A DNA stretch of 32,000 nt, taken from Candidatus Uzinura diaspidicola str. ASNER. Lineage in GTDB: Bacteria > Bacteroidota > Bacteroidia > Flavobacteriales > Blattabacteriaceae. The notes under the pieces were generated by a model. That model worked only from the letters and a program-made list of their open reading frames with translations. It had not been told where the DNA came from and searched no databases. The translations under genes were made by a program, and so were the position numbers. Of this stretch, positions 1 through 9,386 are shown piece after piece; positions within the stretch are counted from its first letter, which is position 1; each line of letters starts with the position of its first letter. The stretch spans positions 1 to 32,000 of the forward strand of contig CP003263.1 of NCBI GenBank assembly GCA_000331975.1. Direction: 5' to 3'.

Positions 1-1077
1 ATGAATAATATGGGCCTAATAGAGTCATTTACTGATTTTAAGAAGTACAACCATATAGACAGTGTAACTCTTATGACTATATTAGAATATTCTATTCTAA
101 ATACTGTTATTAAAAAATATAGACACGTAGAAAATTTGGATCTTTTCATAGATTATGAAAATGGATCTATTGATATATGGCGTAATCGTATTATAGTAGA
201 TGAAATACAGGAATCTAATAAAGAAATAGATATATCATCTGCTAAGCAAATAGAATATGATTTTGAAGTGGGAGAAGAGATAACAGAGCAATTCGCTCTT
301 AAACTTATGGATAGAAGATACATTCTTACTTTTAAATACAATTTTTACTTAAAAAGTAAAGAATATTGTACGATACAGAGGTATAATAATTTCAGAACGA
401 GGATAGGAGATATTGTTGTTGGAAAAGTCTTTCATGCAAGAAAAGACTTGATTATACGAGATGATGATCATAATGATTTGTTCATGCCTAAGAACGAACA
501 AATGTTTAATGATTTTATGCGTAAAAGAGAGAGTATACGGGCGATCATTAAGAATGTATATTGGGAAGATAGTCAGCCTATTATTATTCTTTCTCGTACT
601 GGACCTAATTTTATTCAGAAACTTTTCGAACAAGAAATTCCTGAGATTTTAGATGGATTCATTATAGTAAAACAGGTAGTCAGAATTCCTGGGGAAAAAT
701 CAAAAGTATCTGTAGAATCTTCCGATTCTCATATTGATCCGGTAGGTACTTGTTTAGGTGTAAAAGGCATTCGTCTCCATGCGATAGTCAAAGAATTGAA
801 AACAGAAAATTTAGATGTAATAAAATATTCTAAGAATATTAAGCTTTACATTTTGCGTGCTTTGAGCACAACAAAGATTTCTATGATTGAAATAGACGAA
901 CAAAATAAAAAGGCAATGATTTCATTAAAATATGAACAAGTATCTAAAGCTAGAGGGCGAAAGGGGAAAAATATTAGACTTGCTGGAAAAATTACTGGCT
1001 ATAAAATAAATATTTTAAGAAATTATTATTCTTCATATAATAAATATGAAGAAGAAATAAGTAAATTTGTCTCGTAA
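1..1077 (+). CDS. nusA: Transcription termination/antitermination factor NusA (358 aa, short form ending just after KH2)
   Basis: ORF 1..1077. The N-terminus MNNMGLIESFTDFKK..DSVTLMTILE matches the NusA N-terminal domain. It is followed by an S1-like segment (GDIVVGKVFH) and two KH segments (DPVGTCLGVKGIRLHAIVKEL; GRKGKNIRLAGKITGYKINI). infB follows, as in the conserved nusA-infB pair. The ATG sits at window position 1, so upstream context is not visible. Confidence 0.9.
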   Translation: MNNMGLIESFTDFKKYNHIDSVTLMTILEYSILNTVIKKYRHVENLDLFIDYENGSIDIWRNRIIVDEIQESNKEIDISSAKQIEYDFEVGEEITEQFALKLMDRRYILTFKYNFYLKSKEYCTIQRYNNFRTRIGDIVVGKVFHARKDLIIRDDDHNDLFMPKNEQMFNDFMRKRESIRAIIKNVYWEDSQPIIILSRTGPNFIQKLFEQEIPEILDGFIIVKQVVRIPGEKSKVSVESSDSHIDPVGTCLGVKGIRLHAIVKELKTENLDVIKYSKNIKLYILRALSTTKISMIEIDEQNKKAMISLKYEQVSKARGRKGKNIRLAGKITGYKINILRNYYSSYNKYEEEISKFVS

Positions 1078-1162
1078 ATTTACACCACCTATTTATGACA
1101 CACTTAAATTTAATAATGATATATGTGTTGTACAGGGGATTTTTAACTTAAGACTTTATATC

Positions 1163-3034
1163 ATGCATAAAAAACGCAATAAGAAACATTTCAAAACTGA
1201 AATTGTTAAAAGAAAGGGAATAAAGTATAATTCTGAGTTTCGTAAAAACGGGTCAAGTAAAAGCACCTATTACGATCAAGATAAAAAGGAAAAAACTTCT
1301 ACAAGAAAATCTCAAGAAAGTACAGTTCTTAAAATAGCTGGGTTCGCTACTGTAAATGAATTATCTAATATGATTGGAGTCTCTTCTCGTAATGTAATAC
1401 GATACTGCATGTCATTAGGCGTTATGGCAACTATTAATCAGCGATTAGATCCAGACTTACTTTCATTAGTAGCTTATGAATTTGGTTATATCGTAGATAT
1501 TATAGGAGAAGATATCTATGACTCTCCCAAAGAGGATCAAGATAGTCTCTGTTCTAGAGTACCTATTGTGACAATTATGGGGCATGTAGATCATGGAAAA
1601 ACCTCTCTTCTTGATTACATTAGAAAAACAAACATTATAGAAAGAGAATCAGGAGGAATAACTCAACATATCGGTGCCTATAATGTAGAATTAAAAGAAG
1701 GAAGATCCATTACCTTTATCGATACTCCAGGCCATGAAGCATTTACTTCTATGCGCTCTAGGGGAACCAAGATAACGGATATAGTTATTATTGTTATAGA
1801 CACAGATGATGATGTAATGCCTCAAACAAAAGAAGCCATCAGTCATGCGAAGGCAGCCTCTATACCTATTATATTCGCTTTAAATAAAATAGATAAACCT
1901 ACGTCTCAACCTGATAAAATTCGTAAGCAGTTGGCTAATATGAATCTTTTAGTAGAAGAATGGGGGGGAAAATATCAGTCTCAAGAAATATCTGCAAAAA
2001 CTGGTGTAGGTATTGAACAGTTGCTTGAAAAAGTTTGGTTAGAGGCTGAATTACTAGAACTGATGGCTAATCCTAATAAGCCTGCGTCAGGAACTGTTAT
2101 AGAATCTTCAATAGATAAACATAAAGGGTTTATTACTACTATTTTAGTTCAAGAAGGAACCATTAAAATAGGAGATTATGTTTCTTCAGGGTACTTTTTT
2201 GGTAAAGTAAAAGCAATTTATGATGATTTTAATAATCTTATTTCTAAAGCTGGTCCAGCTAAACCAGTATCTTTATTGGGTCTAAATGGAGCTCCATCTG
2301 CAGGAGATAAGTTTAAAGTATTTATAGATGAAAAGGGCGCTAAAAAAATTGCTTTAAAAAGAAAGCAACTACAACGTGAGCAAAGCATTAGAACAAAAAA
2401 ACCTCTTACACTAGATGAAATAGGTCGTAGAATCGCATTAACTAATTTTAAGGTATTTAATATCATTATAAAGGGAGATGTAGATGGATCAGTAGAGGCT
2501 CTAACAGATGCTATTCAAAACATTTCTACTGAAGAAATATCTATAAATATTATCCATAAAGGAATTGGGCAGATTTCTGAATCTGATGTAATACTAGCTA
2601 ACGCTTCTAATGCCATTATTATAGGTTTTAATGTAAGTACAGCATTAAATGCTCGTACTTTTTCTGAACACAAAAATATTGATATTCGTCTATATTCTGT
2701 TATATACGATGCTATAAATGACATGAAAAATCACGTCATGATTTCACCACTTGAAAATGAACAAGTTATTGGAAAAGCTGAAATACGTAATATTTACAAT
2801 ATAAAAAAATTATATACAATTGCTGGTTGTATGGTTACTAATGGGAAGATTTATAGACATCTTAAAATTAGACTAATAAGAGAAGGTATTGTTATCTATA
2901 ATGGGGAATTAGCGTCACTTAAACGTTTTAAAGAAGATGTAAAAGAAGTAGCGAAAGGCTACGAATGTGGTTTAAATATTAAGGACTATAATGATCTAAA
3001 AATAGGAGATATTATAGAGGGCTATGAATATTGA
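1163..3034 (+). CDS. infB: Translation initiation factor IF-2 (N-terminally short, about 623 aa from ATG 1163)
   Basis: IF2_N-like segment ([35 protein letters not shown]). GTPase motifs [20 protein letters not shown] and NKID. The C-terminal domains run through to ..GDIIEGYEY, with TGA stop at 3032-3034. The ORF track opens at TTG 1067, overlapping the nusA stop. I prefer the first ATG at 1163, but TTG 1067 cannot be excluded. Confidence 0.9.
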   Translation: MHKKRNKKHFKTEIVKRKGIKYNSEFRKNGSSKSTYYDQDKKEKTSTRKSQESTVLKIAGFATVNELSNMIGVSSRNVIRYCMSLGVMATINQRLDPDLLSLVAYEFGYIVDIIGEDIYDSPKEDQDSLCSRVPIVTIMGHVDHGKTSLLDYIRKTNIIERESGGITQHIGAYNVELKEGRSITFIDTPGHEAFTSMRSRGTKITDIVIIVIDTDDDVMPQTKEAISHAKAASIPIIFALNKIDKPTSQPDKIRKQLANMNLLVEEWGGKYQSQEISAKTGVGIEQLLEKVWLEAELLELMANPNKPASGTVIESSIDKHKGFITTILVQEGTIKIGDYVSSGYFFGKVKAIYDDFNNLISKAGPAKPVSLLGLNGAPSAGDKFKVFIDEKGAKKIALKRKQLQREQSIRTKKPLTLDEIGRRIALTNFKVFNIIIKGDVDGSVEALTDAIQNISTEEISINIIHKGIGQISESDVILANASNAIIIGFNVSTALNARTFSEHKNIDIRLYSVIYDAINDMKNHVMISPLENEQVIGKAEIRNIYNIKKLYTIAGCMVTNGKIYRHLKIRLIREGIVIYNGELASLKRFKEDVKEVAKGYECGLNIKDYNDLKIGDIIEGYEY

Positions 3035-3129
3035 ATATCTTTGTTTTCTTTTTGACTTGTTTTCTTCTTTATTTTAAGTAGCAGTAACATGGTTTAGTAT
3101 ACAGCTCTATTAAGACTAGGACCTACTTC

Positions 3130-4116
3130 CTATATATCTAATTGTTTTATATAAGGTTTTAATTCGTCTATTATTTGTTCCCATCGATTATGTTGTACGA
3201 TAGGTAAATTATAGTTCTTTTTAAGTTTACCAAAAATTGTTGATAGTTTAAATCTTTCTGATAATAAAGAAAGAATATGATGATCTTGTTCATCAATTTG
3301 TAGTAGTAGAACTTCTAATTTTTGTCTAGTATTTTTATTTCTAAATTCTATGCATTTAAGAATTTCTAATAATTTTTCTGGAGTAATTTGTTGTTTAGCG
3401 TCACTCCATGCTTTATCTGGGGAACAATGAGTTTCAATCATTAGACCAGATAAAGCACAATTTAATGCTTGTTGTGCAATCTTGGAAATACCTTTTCTTT
3501 GTCCACAAATATGAGATGGATCAAATAAGATAGGAATATTAGGAAATCTAATTATAAAATCTAGGGCCATTCTCCAATTTGGAGAATTACGATAAGGAGC
3601 ATTTTTATACGCTGAAAATCCTCGATGGATAACACCGATATTTTTTATTCCTTGTGCAATAAGCCTTTCAATTGCACCTTTCAAAAGATCAAAGTCTGGA
3701 TGAATAGGATTTTTTATTAAAATAATTTTATCTGTATCTTTTAAAGATTCAGCAATTTCTTGTACAGAAAAAGGATTAACGGTACTACGAGCACCTATCC
3801 ATAAAATATCAATATTATATGCAATAGCATATTTTACATGAGTAGCATTAGCAACTTCTGTTGCAATTAGCATTCCCGTCTCTTCTTTTACTTTTTGTAA
3901 CCATTTAAGACCTATTTCACCTATTCCTTCGAAATTTCCAGGTTTGGTACGAGGTTTCCAAATACCAGCACGAAAGACTGGAATAGAAGCTTTACTAAGT
4001 TTGGAAGCTGTTTCAAGTACTTGCTCCTGAGTTTCTGCACTGCATGGACCTGCAATTATGAGTGGTTTTTTAAATTGTAGAATCCAATCGTTGTTTATTT
4101 TGTCAATAGGTTGCAT
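3130..4116 (-). CDS. Bifunctional 3-deoxy-7-phosphoheptulonate (DAHP) synthase, class I-beta, with a C-terminal chorismate mutase type II domain
   Basis: The DAHPS/KDO8PS-family core is present (PLIIAGPCSAETQEQVLE, FRAGIWKPRTKPGNFEGIG, LWIGARS, FDPSHICG). The C-terminal roughly 80 aa look like an AroQ chorismate mutase helix bundle (LLLQIDEQDHHILSLLSERFKLS..). The track start at 4143 is TTG. The first ATG at 4116 (MQPIDKINNDW..) leaves a typical length before PLIIAGPC. The TTG is also the end of a TATTTTTG string matching the Bacteroidetes -7 promoter consensus TAnnTTTG; this is weak support only. Confidence 0.85.
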   Translation of the reverse strand: MQPIDKINNDWILQFKKPLIIAGPCSAETQEQVLETASKLSKASIPVFRAGIWKPRTKPGNFEGIGEIGLKWLQKVKEETGMLIATEVANATHVKYAIAYNIDILWIGARSTVNPFSVQEIAESLKDTDKIILIKNPIHPDFDLLKGAIERLIAQGIKNIGVIHRGFSAYKNAPYRNSPNWRMALDFIIRFPNIPILFDPSHICGQRKGISKIAQQALNCALSGLMIETHCSPDKAWSDAKQQITPEKLLEILKCIEFRNKNTRQKLEVLLLQIDEQDHHILSLLSERFKLSTIFGKLKKNYNLPIVQHNRWEQIIDELKPYIKQLDI

Positions 4117-4223
4117 AACATTTCTTATTAAGTAATCCTTCAAAAATATAATTTTTTAGCGTTTTCAAGAGAAAACCGTACATTACCAAAAAAAACTGCC
4201 TGTCAAATAATCACTTTTACTTA

Positions 4224-5039
4224 TCATAAAAAAATATAATTCATGTATTCTCCAAGAATAGAAAAGAAATGTGATTTCTTTTTTATATTTGACTTCATCT
4301 GTTCGTAACCCATATAATCGTCAAGAATAATATCTATATAAAATAGATATTCACCAGGCTTATCCAGAAATGATAGTATTTTAGTAATAAAAATTTTTTT
4401 ATCTGCTATGTTATTTAAAACAGTCAATAACTTACTATGACAGTTTGTGTTTAAACTAAATAGTATAGAAGATTTATCCCAATTTACCTTTATTTTTCTT
4501 TGTGTTGTTTCTATTATAAATAACCTTGTAAAATTATTAGAAATACTCTGAATATTTTTATATATGATTGAAAGGCCATATTCTTTAGATGCCCGTAAAG
4601 ATGCTATAGAAGCTTTTTTTTTTAACATATTTTTGGAAATATATAGAGATGCTAAAGCCGTATCACTATATTCTATTTTTCTTATCTGAGTGTATTCAGA
4701 TATAAAATTATCACATTGTTGTAATGCTATTGGATGTGATAGGATTTTATTGAATTTTTTATCAGTAAAAGCTATAAGATTGTGTTCAATATTGAGTACA
4801 ATGGAACCTAATATTTTAAGATGATGGTTTGATAAAAGAATATAATTATAGAAAATGCTACCAATAATAGAATTTTCTATGGCCATTACTCCTAAATTGG
4901 CTTCTCCATAAGTTATTATTTGTGTAAGTTTATTAAAAGTATTACATTCTACTATTTCATAGCCGTTTTCACCTAAATATTTTATAAGGGACACATGATG
5001 GTAACATCCTTTTATGCCTTGTATGGCAATTTTTTTCAT
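4224..5039 (-). CDS. pheA: Prephenate dehydratase (PDT domain plus a degenerate ACT-like C-terminus)
   Basis: 271 aa. N-terminus MKKIAIQGIKGCYHH.., then GVMAIENSIIGSI and a ..NNFTRLFII (TRF-like) motif typical of prephenate dehydratase. It lies between trpA and the DAHPS/CM gene on the same strand. Confidence 0.85.
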   Translation of the reverse strand: MKKIAIQGIKGCYHHVSLIKYLGENGYEIVECNTFNKLTQIITYGEANLGVMAIENSIIGSIFYNYILLSNHHLKILGSIVLNIEHNLIAFTDKKFNKILSHPIALQQCDNFISEYTQIRKIEYSDTALASLYISKNMLKKKASIASLRASKEYGLSIIYKNIQSISNNFTRLFIIETTQRKIKVNWDKSSILFSLNTNCHSKLLTVLNNIADKKIFITKILSFLDKPGEYLFYIDIILDDYMGYEQMKSNIKKKSHFFSILGEYMNYIFL

Positions 5040-5057
5040 TTACAACAATCATCTCTC

Positions 5058-5837
5058 TTAGGCATTTCCCTCTATTAATTGTAGAAAACGTTGAATGCTT
5101 TCTTCTATATCATATTCATCTATCGATTTTATAAAAGAACTACCTATAATAGCCCCATCGCTATAACTACAAGACCAATGAAACGATTCTTTATTTGAAA
5201 TGCCAAAACCAATAAGTTTTGGAATGTTTAATTTTATTTTACTGTTTAAACATGTAAAAAATTCATCTTTTTTCTTATCAAAAAAAACATTTTTTCCTGT
5301 AGTAGTAGTAGAAGATACTAAATATAAAAACCCTTCTGTAATTGAACTTAAGCTAAATATTCTTTCTATTGGAGTATGTGTTGTTACTAAAATAATAAAA
5401 TATAAACCATACTTTTTAAAACGTTCTTGATAATTATATTGATAAATATAGGTAGGGATATCTGGAAAGATTAACCCAGATATCCCAATTTGTTTACATT
5501 TAATTAGAAATGCTTTTTCTCCAAAACTTAAAAATGAATTATAGTAACCCATAAAAATAAGAGGAATATATAATTCTTTTTTTATACATTGCAATTGTGC
5601 AAATAATTTATCTAAATTCATTCCATTTACCAGCGATTTTTTACTACTATTTTGAATAGTAGTTCCGTCAGCTAATGCATCAGAATAAGGGATTCCTACT
5701 TCAATGATGTCAACACAATATTTTTGTAATATTCTTATAATTTTCTTAGTGCTTTCTAACTTTGGGTAACCTGCTGTAAAATATATACTTAAAATGTATT
5801 TTTTTTTATGAGTAAAGATTTTATCTATCATGTTCAT
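5058..5837 (-). CDS. trpA: Tryptophan synthase alpha subunit
   Basis: 259 aa with TrpA-like motifs (IEVGIPYSDALADGTTIQ, GFGIS). The start ATG at 5837 overlaps the trpB stop at 5821-5823 by 17 nt. It is the last gene of the trp operon. Confidence 0.9.
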   Translation of the reverse strand: MNMIDKIFTHKKKYILSIYFTAGYPKLESTKKIIRILQKYCVDIIEVGIPYSDALADGTTIQNSSKKSLVNGMNLDKLFAQLQCIKKELYIPLIFMGYYNSFLSFGEKAFLIKCKQIGISGLIFPDIPTYIYQYNYQERFKKYGLYFIILVTTHTPIERIFSLSSITEGFLYLVSSTTTTGKNVFFDKKKDEFFTCLNSKIKLNIPKLIGFGISNKESFHWSCSYSDGAIIGSSFIKSIDEYDIEESIQRFLQLIEGNA

Positions 5838-7620
5838 GATATAAATTCATATAGTTAATGTAACTATCCATATCTTTCTCGCCTCTTCCAGATAAGTTAA
5901 GAACTACAACTTCATTATTTTTTAAATTAAGTTTAGGCAAAATAGCTATTGAATGTGCGCTTTCAATAGCAGGAATGATGCCCTGCAAAAAACTAAGTTC
6001 ATATCCAGCTTGTATAGCTTCATCGTCGGTAATACTTATAAATTGAGCACGATTAGTATAAAATAGATGCGAATGCATAGGTCCAATACCAGGATAGTCT
6101 AATCCTGCAGATATAGAATAAGGTTCTATGATTTGCCCGTATTCATCTTGCATAAGGAGAGTCAGACTCCCATGAAGCACCCCTTTCGATCCGTGAAAAG
6201 TACTAGAGGCAGTCTTATTTGTTTTTAACCCTAATCCAGCAGCTTCTGCAGCAATAAGTTTTACAGAAAGGTTGTCAAGAAAATGATAGAAAGCTCCTGC
6301 TGCATTACTACCTCCACCAACGCTAGCAATGAGGTAATCAGGATATTCACAACCTTCTTTTTCCTTTAATTGTTGCTGTATCTCCTCGCTAATAATAGAT
6401 TGAAAGAATGATACTATATGGGGATATGGATGTGGACCAACCACAGAGCCTATCAAATAGTAACTTTCAGGATTATCAATCCAATAACGTAAAGCTTCAT
6501 TCACAGCATCTTTAAGAGTTCCTGTCTTAACAGGAATGATAGTTGCACCCAGCATTTTCATGCGATCTACATTAATCGCCTGTCGCTGAATATCGGTATC
6601 ACCCATAAAGACGATACAATCCATATTTAATATAGCGCATACAGTAGCAGTAGCTACACCATGTTGGCCAGCCCCTGTTTCAGCTATAATTTTTTTTTTC
6701 CCAAGTTTTTTAGCTAATAGGGCCTGTCCTACAGTATTATTTATCTTATGTGCGCCTGTATGATTCAGATCTTCTCTTTTAAGATAGATCTTAGCTTCAT
6801 ATTTTTTAGAAAGTTCTTCGCAATAAAAAAGAGGAGTTGGTCTTCCAACAAAGTCTTTTAAGAGACTTTGTAATGTGTATTGAAATTTTTTTTCCATAAT
6901 AATCTTTGGATAGTTGTTCTCTAACTCTTTTATATTAGGCCAAAGCATTTCTGGAATAAATGTCCCTCCAAACTCTCCATAGAACCCTTTTGTATCTACA
7001 AATTTCATAAATTTTTTTTTGTGGTAAAACCTTTTTAGCTCATCCCTATTTTTATTTCCTGGTTCTATTTCAAATTTACTATTTAGATCAATTCCGAAAA
7101 ACTTCGTATGAAAAACATTTTTAATACTTTCTACGTCTTTTATACCTATTCCACCACTAAGTAAAAATTTTGTATCAAAGGCATATTCTGATATTTTTTC
7201 CCAAGAAAACTTTCTACCACTTCCTCCAAATTCTTTACAATGGGTATCAAATAGAATATATAGACTATAATTGGTATATTTCTGTATAACAGAAAAAGCT
7301 TCATTAACTCTAATAACTTTTATGATAGAAACATTGTTTTTATAGAGTTCTTCGCAAAATTCAATACTTTCATCTCCATGAATTTGTCCAAATTCTATAG
7401 CATATTTTTGTATCTTTTTAAGAATATTTTCAATAGAATTTTTTACAAAAACGCCAACTTTTTTTCCAGTTGTAAAAATTTCAATAGGAAATGAAATTCC
7501 TATAAATCTAGGAGAATAAGGATAAAAAATAACCCCAATAAAATCAGGGTTCAATAATGAGATTGAATTAATATTTTGTGGATGTTTCATTCCGCATATT
7601 TTAACCTTATTGGTTATCAT
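5821..7620 (-). CDS. trpB: Phosphoribosylanthranilate isomerase (TrpF, aa 1-~204) fused in frame to tryptophan synthase beta (TrpB, aa 205-599)
   Basis: A single 599-aa ORF. The N-terminal part (KICGMKHPQN.., FIGVIFYPYSPRF, LLSGGI) is TrpF-like. From the internal Met at 7008-7006 it reads MKFVDTKGFYGEFGGTFIPE.. with the PLP-lysine motif HTGAHKINN and GGGSNA, which is TrpB. There is no stop between the two parts. The junction is CAC-AAAAAAAAA-TTT-ATG-A on the coding strand. Confidence 0.85.
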   Translation of the reverse strand: MITNKVKICGMKHPQNINSISLLNPDFIGVIFYPYSPRFIGISFPIEIFTTGKKVGVFVKNSIENILKKIQKYAIEFGQIHGDESIEFCEELYKNNVSIIKVIRVNEAFSVIQKYTNYSLYILFDTHCKEFGGSGRKFSWEKISEYAFDTKFLLSGGIGIKDVESIKNVFHTKFFGIDLNSKFEIEPGNKNRDELKRFYHKKKFMKFVDTKGFYGEFGGTFIPEMLWPNIKELENNYPKIIMEKKFQYTLQSLLKDFVGRPTPLFYCEELSKKYEAKIYLKREDLNHTGAHKINNTVGQALLAKKLGKKKIIAETGAGQHGVATATVCAILNMDCIVFMGDTDIQRQAINVDRMKMLGATIIPVKTGTLKDAVNEALRYWIDNPESYYLIGSVVGPHPYPHIVSFFQSIISEEIQQQLKEKEGCEYPDYLIASVGGGSNAAGAFYHFLDNLSVKLIAAEAAGLGLKTNKTASSTFHGSKGVLHGSLTLLMQDEYGQIIEPYSISAGLDYPGIGPMHSHLFYTNRAQFISITDDEAIQAGYELSFLQGIIPAIESAHSIAILPKLNLKNNEVVVLNLSGRGEKDMDSYINYMNLYHEHDR

Positions 7621-8395
7621 TTATTTTTTTTATCAAATGTTCGCACGACTTACCTGGATCTTCAGTACGCATAAAGTTTTCACCAATAAGAAAACTATTG
7701 AACCCCTTTTTATGAAGAAAAGTAATCTGATAAGGATCGTAAATACCACTTTCTGATATTTTAAATTTTTCAGTAATTCTTTTAGAAAGTTCAATAGAAC
7801 TTTCTATATTTATTGAAAAAGATCTAAGATCTCTATTATTCACTCCAATCATAATAAGTTCTTCATTCATTTTATATAGTTCTCTTTCTGAATGCAATTC
7901 CATTAATACTTCTAACCCTAATGATTTTGCTGTTTGTATTAGTGTTCTTATTTTTTTTTTAGAGAGAACTTCTGCAATCAGCAGTATAATATCTGATCCT
8001 ATAGCTTTTGCTAGTAAAACTTGATATTCATCAATGATAATATCTTTATATAATAAAGGTAGTTGTACAATTTTTCTTGTCTTTATAAGATCTTGCTCTT
8101 TACCTTTAAAATAGGTTAAGTCGGTTAGGATGGAAATCCCTATAACCCCTGCCTTTTTATAGCCTATAATTACCTTTTCTACAGGTAAATTATAGTTGTT
8201 AAGTAATCCTTTAGATGGAGATTCTCTTTTAAATTCTGCTATTATTCCTATAGATTTCTTTGAAATTTTTCTGGATAAAGAATAAGTTTCTCTATTAAAA
8301 TAGCGACTTTTTTCTAAGTAATCAATAGGAAATTGACTTCTTTTTATTGACAATAATTTACGTTTTACTTCTATTATTTTTTCAAGTATATTCAT
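7607..8395 (-). CDS. trpC: Indole-3-glycerol phosphate synthase
   Basis: 262 aa with IAEFKRESPSKG and other IGPS-like segments. It overlaps the trpF start by 14 nt. Its position in the trp operon is as expected. Confidence 0.9.
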   Translation of the reverse strand: MNILEKIIEVKRKLLSIKRSQFPIDYLEKSRYFNRETYSLSRKISKKSIGIIAEFKRESPSKGLLNNYNLPVEKVIIGYKKAGVIGISILTDLTYFKGKEQDLIKTRKIVQLPLLYKDIIIDEYQVLLAKAIGSDIILLIAEVLSKKKIRTLIQTAKSLGLEVLMELHSERELYKMNEELIMIGVNNRDLRSFSINIESSIELSKRITEKFKISESGIYDPYQITFLHKKGFNSFLIGENFMRTEDPGKSCEHLIKKINDNQ

Positions 8396-8405
8396 AAATA
8401 GTCTC

Positions 8406-9386
8406 TTAATTGTCTAAGAACTTTTTAAGAGCTTTTTTAGCCTTCCCACTTTCAAGACTTTCTTTTGCTCTAGTATAATTATATATCCAATCTTCTTTAT
8501 TTATTAGCGCTAGAGCAAAAGCAGCATTTACAATAACGACTTCATTTTGAGGTTTTGTTCCATTTCCTGAAATAATATTTAAAAAAATATTTTTATTTTC
8601 TTCAGTACTTTTTCCTCCTTTAATATCTTTTGGTTCTACTACTAGACAACCAAGTGTTTGTGGAAAATAATTAGATTCTCCATGTTGTGTATAACATTTA
8701 AATGGTCCTGTTAGAGAAATTTCATCATAACCATCCAAACTATGTATAATAGAATATTTTTTTTGTTTTTGTAAAAAATAGTAATAAAATCTAGCTATTT
8801 CCATATTATTTACTCCTAGTAATTGATACTGGTTATCACTTGGATTTAATAAAGGACCTAGTATATTTAAAATAGTTTTTGTACCAATATTTTTTCTTAT
8901 TGAAGCTATTTGTTTTATAGATGGATAAAACAAAGGAGCATGCAAAAAACATATTCCAGCTTTTTCTAGTAAATTTTTTAAACTATTTACGTCTGTGGTA
9001 AATTTATATCCTAATATTTCCAAAATATTAGATGATCCAGTTCTTGAAGAAGAGGCGTAGTTTCCATGCTTAATGACTTTTTCTCCTGCACCAGCTACCA
9101 CAAAAGAAGCTAGAGTAGATATATTAAAAGTATTTTTATCTCCGCCTGTTCCTACTATATCTATTGCATTAAAATCATTTAGATTTATTTTTAGGCCTAA
9201 ATATAATAATGCCTGACGAAGCCCTTCTATTTCATTAATAGAAGAAGGTCGCATGTTATATATGCTAGTTAAAGCAGCTATTTGTGATGTATTAAATTTC
9301 CCAATAGAAATATCAAAAAGTAAACTTTTTGCTAGTTCTAGACTAAGAATATTTTGTTCAAAAAGATAGGTAAGAATTTTCTTCAT
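8406..9386 (-). CDS. trpD: Anthranilate phosphoribosyltransferase
   Basis: 326 aa with the motif DIVGTGGDKNTFNIST. Its ATG overlaps the trpG TGA stop in an ATGA overlap at 9383-9386. Confidence 0.9.
   Translation of the reverse strand: MKKILTYLFEQNILSLELAKSLLFDISIGKFNTSQIAALTSIYNMRPSSINEIEGLRQALLYLGLKINLNDFNAIDIVGTGGDKNTFNISTLASFVVAGAGEKVIKHGNYASSSRTGSSNILEILGYKFTTDVNSLKNLLEKAGICFLHAPLFYPSIKQIASIRKNIGTKTILNILGPLLNPSDNQYQLLGVNNMEIARFYYYFLQKQKKYSIIHSLDGYDEISLTGPFKCYTQHGESNYFPQTLGCLVVEPKDIKGGKSTEENKNIFLNIISGNGTKPQNEVVIVNAAFALALINKEDWIYNYTRAKESLESGKAKKALKKFLDN

Noticed and set aside
3032-3034. I considered possible UGA reassignment, as in some tiny symbiont genomes, because only prfA (RF1) is visible.
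   Set aside because: TGA terminates infB (3032-3034), rpoB (22111-22113), truA, trpE and trpG exactly at the expected family C-termini. No conserved gene shows an in-frame TGA. Standard code 11 applies, and prfB is presumably elsewhere in the genome.
4141-4148. The minus-strand TATTTTTG matches the Bacteroidetes -7 promoter consensus TAnnTTTG, about 25 nt upstream of the DAHPS/CM ATG. TATAAT-like strings also occur at 28359-28364 upstream of the ferredoxin gene.
   Set aside because: At this base composition such 8-mers are expected dozens of times per strand in 32 kb by chance, and I could not identify a convincing -33 element. They are mentioned as weak support for start-codon choice but are not annotated as promoters.
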